From Paecilomyces variotii (lineage: Eukaryota), in the NCBI GenBank assembly GCA_004022145.1, contig RCNU01000063.1: DNA of 8,257 bases. One strand, given 5' to 3'. This document shows positions 1 through 8,257 of this stretch, piece after piece (positions within the stretch are counted from its first letter, which is position 1; every line of letters begins with the position of its first letter). Position numbers and translations under genes: made by a program. Below the pieces are notes generated by a model. That model was not told the origin of the DNA. It was given only the letters and a program-made list of their open reading frames with translations, and made no database searches.

Positions 1-1193
1 TTTAAGAAGCTTAGCTATTAAAATAAATTTAAATATTATTTATTTTATTAGCTTAATAAAAGCAGTTATAATTAATTAATCTAGTATCTCTTAAGTAATA
101 TCTTATATAGCTTTAGCTGCTATAATAATAGCTTATAGCTATAAAGCTATAAAAATAGCTTATTACTAAAAAGCTATAAGAGTAAAAAATTTAGAGATAA
201 TATTTAATTCTTATTAAATCCTAGAATATATATTATTTCTAGAATTTATTAAAGCCTTAAGACTACTGCTATTTACTAATCTAGACTAAATTTAAGGTTA
301 AACCTTAGGTTTTAGACTATATTTAAATTATACTATAGGTTTTAAGCTATATTCTAATAATTCTCTATATTAATTTCTAGTACTATTTCTTAGTATTTCT
401 CTGCTTAATATATTACTAATTAAGCAATTTAAATTATAAAGAGCTAAGGCGAGAAAGCTCTTTAATAAAAGTAATTAATTAGACTAATTAAATAAAATAT
501 AAGAGGTTAAAATATAAGTAAGTAGTAATTTATAAGTAATAGAGTTAAAGATAAGTTTAATAATAATTAGAATAAATTACTAATTTATTTAACTTCTATT
601 CTTTAAGAGAGTTATTTATCTATTTATTTATTTTACTAGATTATTTTAATAACTTAGTCTTAATAGCTATATTATATAATTAGTTAATCTAATTATTATA
701 TATAGATTTAGTTATTTTATTATTCTCTTAATAGTCTATAATATTAGTATTATAGCCTTAGTTCGTAATATTACAGGTTAATATAGTTTAGTATATTTAA
801 TATTTTTTAGCTTTATAGAGTTTATATTATAGAATTCTTTCTATAAGAGATTTAAAGAGGTCTTAATATTATTAAATAATACTCTTTTAATTATATTAGC
901 TATTTAAGCGTTAAGATTACTTAAAGCTAATTAAATAATCTTTATATTTTATTATATCTTTAATAGCTACTATTAAGTTTTTTATTTAATTTAAGAGATT
1001 AATAATAAAATATAAATATATTATTAGATAGTATCTTTAACTATATAGTAGATTAAATCTATTATTTATAAGTAGCTTTTAATATAATATTTAAAAATAA
1101 GTATTTTTATTTCTTTTAGCTTTAAAGCTAAACTCTTTAATATAGAAGTCTTTATAGTTTCTCTAGCTAATAAATTATTAAGATCTTTAAAGA

Positions 1194-1301
1194 ATAATAT
1201 AATTCTCTATTAACTAAATTACCTGCCTAAGTAAATTAATACTATATTATATATAAAATAGCCCTTTTTAAACTAAAATATCTTAATAATTAAGTATTTA
1301 A
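1194..1301 (+). repeat. Left arm of ~108-bp imperfect inverted repeat
   Basis: Core TAAATTACCTGCCTAAGTAAATTAATA matches the reverse complement of the right arm, TAAATTACTCGCCTAAGTAAATTAATA. Confidence 0.85.
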
Positions 1302-1526
1302 AGATTATTAAAATAAATATATATAAAACATATATTATTAAGATTATATATATTTAATTTTATCTGCTTAAGTCTTACTATTCTTTAAATATCTTAAATA
1401 AAATATAATTATAAAAATTATAATAGTAATTTATATTACTTAAATAATAAGTAATTTTTAAAGCTTAAAATCTTAATATATAAAAGTTTACTATTATAGA
1501 AAGTAATATACTAAGTATTATATATA

Positions 1527-1635
1527 TTAAATATATAGTTATTAAGAAATCTTAGTTTTAAAAGATATTATTCTATATATTATATGCTATTAATTTACTT
1601 AGGCGAGTAATTTAATTAGTAAAGAGTTATATTAT
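1527..1635 (-). repeat. Right arm of ~108-bp imperfect inverted repeat
   Basis: The reverse complement aligns to 1194-1301 with one indel and about 21 differing columns of 109 (manual count). Confidence 0.85.
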
Positions 1636-2818
1636 CTCTAAAGCATTTTATTTTACTTATTTTTAAGATTTAAACTTTATAAGTATATTTATTATCTTCT
1701 TTATATTATATTAAATATTTTATCCTAGTATAAGGCCTTATCTTAAATACTTATTTCTTATCTTCTTTAAGTATATAAAAATAGGCTTAATATTTTTATA
1801 CTAAGTGCTCTAGTAAGAGGTTCTTATTTAATATTTTAAAGTATTTCCTTTACTTTATAAGATATTCTCTATAGTATTCTATAGTACTAGTATATTTATT
1901 CCCTTTAAGAATTTATAGAGATATTAGTTTAATCTTTAATTCTTCTTCTTTAGCCTAGGATTTAAAATATTAAATTTCCTATTTTCTATTAATTTATTAA
2001 TATTATAGATAATAATTCTTTAATAAGATATTTTTACTTCCTTTAATAAAGGAGATTATATATTTAAAAGCTTTATTCTTTAATTTAAGTATATAAATAA
2101 ATAGTATTATCTATAATAATAAGATAGTTTATATATTCTTAAATTCTTAATAGCTTTATTAGCTATATATTTATATAAAAAACTCTATTAGTTTTAATAT
2201 ATATAGTTAAAAATCTTTAAAGACTAATTATTTCGCCTTTATTATATAATAAGCTTTATAATAAAAATTTATATTGCTTATAAGCTTAATTACCGCGAGG
2301 TTTAATTTAAAGATAATTTTAAGCTTTATAATATTAATATACCTTAATTGCCTATATAAGAGCTTTAAAGATATTATTAATATAATATTACTTATTAATC
2401 TATTAAGCTTAAGCTATAATATATTTTTATTCTTATATATATATTTAATAATTTAATTAATATTTATATTTAGTAGTTTATTATTCTGCAACTTATATTA
2501 TATTCTATATAAGGCTTTATTTTTAATTATAAAAAATAAATAGTATTTCTATTTAAAAATATAAAGAGTATAAATAAAAATACTATTTATTTTATTATTA
2601 TTAATATTTAAGTTTAATTTAATAATATATTTACCTTTACTTTTTACTAATATATTATTTATATAATTATATTTATATTATTACTTTTCTTTAAATATAA
2701 AGTTCTTATACTTAATAAATTAAAACTTATTATTATATATATTTTATATGCCTTAAAATTTACTATTTACTCTATAAATAGTATAAGTATTATTAATATT
2801 ACTATACTTATAAAGCTA
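1634..2818 (-). pseudogene. copia pol relic: aspartic protease, GAG-pre-integrase zinc finger, integrase core and SH3 domain
   Basis: Literal vs de-RIPed translation: VNSK=VDSG (2770-2759); IYNNKF*F=(M)CNDKSQF; KSKGK and TLYIF=ALYVP-like (protease); LYRQLRY=LHRxLGH (~2359-2339); YKAY=CEAC (2260-2249); IIIDNT=IIVDDA (2120-2103); LKLKNKAF=LKSKDEAF; INRK*E=IDGGxE (~1990-1976); FKS*AKEEELKIKL; IRPYTRIKYLI*YKEDNKYTYKV*I...CFRD=xGPRARIGYLVGYEGDNGHxYKVWI...RSRD (~1741-1634). One frame runs from 2818 to ~2180, with short frameshifts near 2178 and 2100. Confidence 0.88.
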
Positions 2819-2836
2819 TAGAAGTCTTTAGACTAG

Positions 2837-3030
2837 TTATATAGGTAATTCAGTTCAGTTTAGGGGAGAGTTAGACCGCCTATAGCGGGTTTTAGTTTAG
2901 GGCAGGAAAACTATACTTAAACTAAACTATATTCTAGCGGTTCGGTTTAAAACTAAAAAAACTAAAATATTTACTAAGACTGGGCGCTAAACTAACTTAA
3001 GTTAAATTTTTCTTAAACAATTTAGTTTAA
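2837..3030. mobile_element. Probable terminus of a second large mobile element, with short subterminal repeats
   Basis: An abrupt GC-richer island that keeps CA, TG and CG begins where copia homology stops. It has clustered GTTCAG/GTTTAG/GTTCGG units and their complements: CAGTTCAGTTTAGG 2851-2864, TTTTAGTTTAGG 2890-2901, AAACTAAACT 2919-2928, GCGGTTCGGTTT 2937-2947. Confidence 0.55.
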
Positions 3031-3949
3031 ATAATTTATATAGTTTATAGTATTAAAGGTATTAATATTCTATATTATTTTATATTATTATTAAATTTAT
3101 ATCCTTTTAAATCTATAGCTAAAAAATAGTTTAGATATAATATTATTATATTAAATCTAAAAGTATAAAAATAGTCTTTTAAAATATTATTAAATATTAA
3201 TATAGATTTTAAAATAATTATTATAGAAATATATATATATATTTATAAACTATAGTGCTAATAGAGTACTATTAAATAATATATATAATTTATTATAAAA
3301 GCTAAGATTATTAAATTAAAGAATAGATTTTATTTACTATTATTATTCTTAATAAAAAGTAATTTCTAAATTATTTTTTTAATAAGTTAATAGTAAAATC
3401 TATATATAATTAGTAAGTTATAACTTCTATAGAAAATATATAAATTCTATATATTTATAAAACTTATTAAAATTCTAACTTAAGTTTAAATTATTAAAAT
3501 TATATTATTCTTATAGCTATTTTTTTTTATCTAGATATAGTTTTTAAATTAAATATTATTCTCTTATAATAAATAATCCCCTAATTAAGCTATTTAATAT
3601 AGCTATTCTATTATAAATTACAGACACTTATTTTACCTTAATTTAGCTCTATTAATATAATACTATAATAATAAAACTAAGATCTTTTTTCTTATTAATT
3701 TTAAGAAATAATTTTATATTAAAAGAAGAAATTAATATAGTTATTTTTAGTCAGAATCTTATAAATTATAATTCTAAATTATAAGATACTTTTTCTTATT
3801 ATTTAAGAAAGCAATTAAAATAATTCTTTAAATATATTAGAATTATTTATTTTAAATTAAATTAGCTACCTATATTTTTATTAATATACTAAATATAATA
3901 AACTAGATTATTTAGTATTTTTTTACAGTAGATTATAAGTAGAAATATA

Positions 3950-4760
3950 TATTTTATATATTAATATTAGATAATAAAATTTACTAATTTACCTTTTAAG
4001 TAATATTAAGAAAAGAAAGAAAGTAAAAATAAATATAAGGATATCTCTTAATCTTATTAAGCTAAATAAAAAATATAGTAATTTTAGATAAAGTAGCTTT
4101 AAGATTAGTAAAGATATTTTTAGGAATAATTAGATTAATCTTAATAGTAACTATTATAACTTAAGGCTAATATCTTTTTTTTTAAAGGTAAATTAAATAA
4201 GATAGTTTTAAAAAAAAATATTAAGATTTTATAAAGTAATAGTTAAAAAAAATTATAAGTTATTTATTATTATAATAGCTCTAGATATAGAAGGTAGTTT
4301 AAATAGATAATCTAAGTTAGAAAAAAGTATTTTAACTTAAATTAGAATATATTAAAAGGTTATACTTAAAGTATTTAGTATTACTTTAGCTATATTACTA
4401 AATAAACTAATTATTGCCTATATATAACTTAGCCTATAGAAGAATAAGATAAGTAATAAATATTATATATTAATCTTTTAGTTAAGTATACCTAACTAAA
4501 ACCTAAGAATTTAAAGTATCTTTAAGATACTATTATAAGCTACTGAGAAAAAAATATAAGTAATAAGTTATTATAAGATATTACTAATAATAAAAATAAT
4601 AATAAATTAAATATATAATAGACCTACTTATAATTTAATTTAAGTTAAAATTTATAAGTTTAGTCTCTAAAAAATAAATAAGATTTATTTATTTAATTAG
4701 CAGTAATTTTATTAATAATAGTTAATTAGAGTAATAATAGAATAATTAATAAGAGAGCCT
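3950..4760 (+). pseudogene. Unidentified multi-exon gene relic (or 5' exons of the downstream gene)
   Basis: Intron-like segments (e.g. GTAGTT 4294 to ATTAG 4345) separate coding-like stretches such as 4347-4447 and 4482-4629. No recognisable domain; boundaries approximate. Confidence 0.25.
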
Positions 4761-4989
4761 AAAAAGTCTCTAATATTATATACCTATATATATATATATA
4801 ATTTCTTAATTAGGTATAGTCTATATTAGGAGTATATATATTATATTATTTTTTCTTTTATTATATTTATTTCTTTTATTAAATATATTTTTTAATAAAA
4901 AGAATAAATTCTAATCTAGTTAAAATTTAATTAAAGAACTTTAGATAAGAAATAATATATAAACTAGATAATAATTTAACTTAAGTTAG

Positions 4990-7970
4990 ATTATTTTTAA
5001 GAATATAAGGGAAAATTATTATATACTACTATAAGTTACTAACCCTATTATAATTAAAATTCTAACTTAAATTAAAGGCTCTATAACTTTACCTATTAGA
5101 TAAATAGTATAAATAATAAAAATATCTATTAAATAATAAGGTAAACTCTTTAAAATTTTAATATAGAGAATCTAGCTAGAAGTATTAATAAAAAAGACTT
5201 AAGGTTTATAATTATAGTAATTCTATAAAACCTTATTTAAATTTTAACTCTATTTAGATTAATATACTATATAGGCTAAAGGCTTATATAGCTAAGGCTA
5301 AAGTTTTCTTAATAATAAGAGATAATATAATCTATATAAAGCTTAAGAATAAATATCTGGGAATATTATATATAGATATAAAAAAGCTTAAAATATCTTA
5401 AAAAGATATAAAATATAATTAAGATATTAATACTAACTATATTAAGAACTTAAAGAATAAGTTCTATATTAGTATATAAAGATTTAATATTAATATATAA
5501 ATAAAAATAACTCTAAGTATTAAAGATTTTAACTTAGTATTATAGGTATATATAATAGAACTACTAGAACTAGTAAATATTAGTAATATTTATAGTCTCT
5601 TAAGATAGCAGTAGGATAAAGATAGTAATTTTTTTATTTACTTAAAGAAGTAGCTAAAAAGGCTTATATTACTAATATTATAAGCTAAATAATATTATTA
5701 TATAGCTCTTCTAAAGCTATTAATTAAATAGAAAAAAATAGCTATTATTAAAGCTATTAATTATAAAGAAAAGATAATTAAAAAATTATAGGCTAATATA
5801 TATCCTTATTTTAACTTAAATTAGAATTCAGCTAATTAATCTATAAATATATCTCTAGGCTATTAACCTCTATAATAAGGCAATATTATTAGAAATTCTT
5901 ATAGTATTATAATCTAATTATAAAGATATTGCTTATATTAATATTAATAAAGAGTATATATTCTTACTTATTAAAGAGTAAGAAAAGAAACTTATAAACT
6001 AATATAAAGAACTATTAAAAAACTATAAAAAGTTTAAAAATTAAGTACGCCCTATTATTAGTATATTATTTAACTATATAGCTTATACTATAGCCCCTTT
6101 ATATAATAATATTTAGTTATAATATCTGCGGGAGTATTTATAAATAGCTTATAATTACTCTTATTAAAACTATATATTAAGAGAGATAATTATAAATATA
6201 AAGCTAGATTAAGTATATTTAGAGATCTAATTTTAATTTTAATTTTCTAATTTAAATTAGATTTAGATTATAGAGTTTAAGAAGTTTTTTAGCTTTGCTA
6301 AAATAATCTTTATAGATAAATAAAGCAAAGTAATATTAATAAAGAATTAGAGACTAATTATTAAGTATTATTATAATATAAGCAACTATATCTTATATAT
6401 ATTATTCTTTTTTTTGCAGGCAAATTATAAAAATAATAGACTTAAGCTATTTTTAGATTATAAATAATTTAATAAATAATTATTACCTTACTTAAAGATT
6501 TCTATACTATCTCTTAAGAACCCTACTTAATAACTATCTTTCCTTATAGCTCTATTAGATAAAGCATATATATAAATATAGAAGAATATTTTAAAAAATA
6601 GGGAACTTAAGTTCCCCTTATAATAAATTCTAACTTAAATTAAATATAAAAATTAATTATAAACTAATTATTATAAGAACTTATAAATTAATCTTAATAA
6701 TAAAATCAGTCTCCTATTAAAATCTATGCTAAAATATATTATATTCTAATATAATCTAGAATAGTAATATTTTACTATAGCCTTTAAATATTTCTAAAAA
6801 TTCTAGTAAATAAATAAACTTTAATATTTTCTCTTTTATAAGTCTAATAATATATATACTACTAAGAGCTTTATAAAAAAACTTATTAATAAGCTCTATA
6901 AGGACTTCTTATAGACTTAGATAGATCTAAAACATTATATAATAACCTTATTTAACTATAATTAGAATTAATACTAATATCTTTTAACTACTAGAACTAT
7001 TTAATAACCTTTACTTCTAAAATATTAAAGAATAAGATAGTTATAACTAATAGTATATATCTTTTTTATTTTAAGCGGCGCTATTAGGCCTATATTCTCT
7101 ATATAACTTCTAAAATAATCTTACTTAACTTTAAGAATATTATAAGTTAATTTAATAATAAAAACAAGATTATAAGTTTAGACTATTCTAACTTAAATTA
7201 AAATTAATATAATATAAGGTAAATAACTTTCTATCTTTATTGCCTTTAGTAATATTATATAATAAGCCTAATTCTAATATAATAACGCGGTAAAGAACTT
7301 AAAAATCCTAAAAATTAATTAGTATAAGAATAACTTAAAGACCTAATCTAATATTACTAAGGCTCTATAGATATACTAATTTATTAAAAAAAGCATAATT
7401 TATATTATAAAATTTAGCTTCTCTAAGACTAATAATTATAAAAAAGATTTTAAGAATCTTATTAAGATTAAAATATATATATTATTAATTTAACTTAAGT
7501 TAGAAATTAACCTAATTTAAGAGAAATAATATTAGTATTTATAAGCACTAAAAAAGATTACTAATCTTTTAATTAAATAAGATTAGGCTCTAGATATAGA
7601 TAATATAAATAAATATTTACAATGCTTTATGCTAGACTATAATCTTAAAATTAAGAAAAATATATTATTTAAAAGAAGTTATATATACCTCTTTTAACAT
7701 TATTAAACTAACTACTAATAAATAAATGCCCTTATAATAATAATAAGGAATAATATAAGCTAGAGAATTAAAAATAGCTCTAAGCTGTTATTTTTAACTC
7801 CCTGAGAAAGAAATAAAAAATATTAAAAAATTCTACAGGTAAATAGATTAATATATCTATTCTAACTAAAGTTAAAATAAGATTTAATTAAAATTCTAGA
7901 TTAAGATATAAAGACTAATAAAGTAAATAATATACTTTAAAAAAATAATATAGATAATAATAATAAAGGT
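4990..7970 (+). pseudogene. RIP-inactivated multi-intron gene for a ParB/Srx-like domain protein, DUF3723-like (Starship accessory-type)
   Basis: Exon 5258-~5797 has literal KYLGILYIDIKKL (from 5351), then *DINTNYIKNLKNKF...*RFN=RDVDxNHVKNLKNKF...RRFD, then IL*AK*YYYIAL=LQAGQHRxxAL (5681-5710). The next exon has L*AINLYN=LWAVDLYD (5853-5876) and NINKE=DTDGE (5940-5954). This motif order resembles what I recall of DUF3723 N-termini. Candidate introns: 5031-5099, 5217-5257, 5798-5831/5858, 6213-6266, 7839-7899. Gene ends are uncertain. Confidence 0.55.
6601..6616. repeat. Perfect 16-bp palindrome GGGAACTTAAGTTCCC
   Basis: Equals its own reverse complement and shares the AACTTAAGTT centre of the dispersed motif. 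Confidence 0.9.
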
Positions 7971-8257
7971 AAGTTATTTTTCTTATTAATTATATTATTA
8001 AATAGTTATAATAATATTATTATTATAAGTATAAAAATAAGGCTAAGTTTTTAATTTAGGTTTAAATTTTTTAGTTTAGCTTTAGATAAGCTATCTTAAT
8101 AATATTTACTTAATATATAAGAAACTAACTTAAGTTAGAAGTAAAATAATTAAATTTTTTTTTAGACTAATAATATAATCTCTATTTTTAAGTTAAATTA
8201 TTAAGAGTAGTTTTCCTCTAGTAATAAGAACTTATATTATTTAAAACTTATCTTTAA

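Larger units (their letters stand above)
1193..1635. mobile_element. Non-autonomous TIR element (MITE/foldback, Mutator-like) nested in the copia relic
   Basis: Inverted arms at 1194-1301 and 1527-1635 align at about 80% by hand, with mostly transition mismatches, around a ~225-bp spacer. The flanks carry a near-direct repeat, ATCTTTAAAG (1183-1192) and ATCTCTAAAG (1634-1643). Confidence 0.65.
1..2820 (-). mobile_element. Ty1/copia LTR retrotransposon internal region, RIP-inactivated relic (runs off the left edge toward RT; gag/5' LTR not visible)
   Basis: Minus-strand domain order is protease, HHCC, integrase, SH3, then a long low-complexity spacer. Integrase directly after protease is the copia order. 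The 1-1190 part is assigned less securely, from frame continuity across the insertion, in-frame short repeats and literal RDTRLINYNC near 62-91. Confidence 0.85.
2993..8138. repeat. Dispersed palindromic motif family, core TAACTTAAGTTA, often with ATT(C/T)...(G/A)A(A)TT flanks
   Basis: Exact cores start at 2993, 4977, 7491 and 8126. TAACTTAAATTA starts at 4333, 5063, 5812, 6631 and 7189. Other close variants start at 3476, 4308, 4636, 4912, 6248, 6953 and 7863. No flanked copy noticed in 1-2990. Confidence 0.8.
1..8257. other. RIP-degenerated AT-rich repeat/heterochromatin block of a filamentous ascomycete
   Basis: CA and TG dinucleotides are nearly absent throughout, TA is everywhere, and stops are almost only TAA/TAG. 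Relic reading frames become recognisable only after reversing C>T/G>A changes. Judged by eye; RIP indices not computed. Confidence 0.93.

Noticed and set aside
2274-2456. Supplied 60-aa ORF
   Set aside because: It has a TTG start and I/L/N/Y-rich composition typical of RIPed DNA, and lies antisense to the copia zinc-finger region. A chance ORF.
4785-4800. (TA)8 microsatellite and similar TA runs (e.g. ~3229-3242)
   Set aside because: An expected by-product of RIP converting CA/TG to TA; not informative.
5919-6135. DIAY/YNICG resembling the KDZ transposase YDIxC motif
   Set aside because: The following HxxxHxxxC motif is missing, and the region reads better as part of the ParB-like exon.
6270-6335. 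EFKKFFSFAKIIFIDK*SK resembling the hAT dimerisation motif ERxFSxAKxxxTDxRxxL
   Set aside because: I found no upstream WW/YPxL/IPA context or other hAT catalytic motifs. The segment continues in frame from the ParB-like exons, so it is probably coincidental, though not fully excluded.
2993-8138. CRISPR-like array interpretation of the recurring palindrome
   Set aside because: The repeats are too short and irregularly spaced (tens to hundreds of bp), no cas relics are visible, and the context is fungal.
1-8257. Mitochondrial, endosymbiont or alternative-genetic-code coding DNA
   Set aside because: Specific loss of CA/TG on both strands and recognisable nuclear retroelement relics fit RIP. No tRNA or rRNA structure was seen.

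Overview
This is extremely AT-rich DNA, almost free of CpA/TpG and rich in TpA. That is the signature of Repeat-Induced Point mutation (RIP) in a filamentous ascomycete, and no intact gene is present. Reading through the C>T/G>A damage by eye gives four relics. (1) A minus-strand Ty1/copia pol relic (~1-2820) with protease, HHCC finger, integrase core and SH3 in order. (2) A ~440-bp element with ~108-bp inverted arms and a probable 9-10-bp target duplication (Mutator/MITE-like), inserted in that relic. (3) A less-mutated, GC-richer terminus-like island at ~2837-3030 with GTTCAG/GTTCGG-type short repeats. (4) A plus-strand multi-intron gene relic (~5000-7970) that de-RIPs to a ParB-like/DUF3723-like protein, a class known as Starship cargo. 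The most unusual signal is a 12-16-bp palindrome (core TAACTTAAGTTA) recurring about 15 times from 2993 onward, with no flanked copy noticed in the copia part. It falls mostly inside the apparent introns of that gene. All protein calls come from manual back-mutation and need profile searches.
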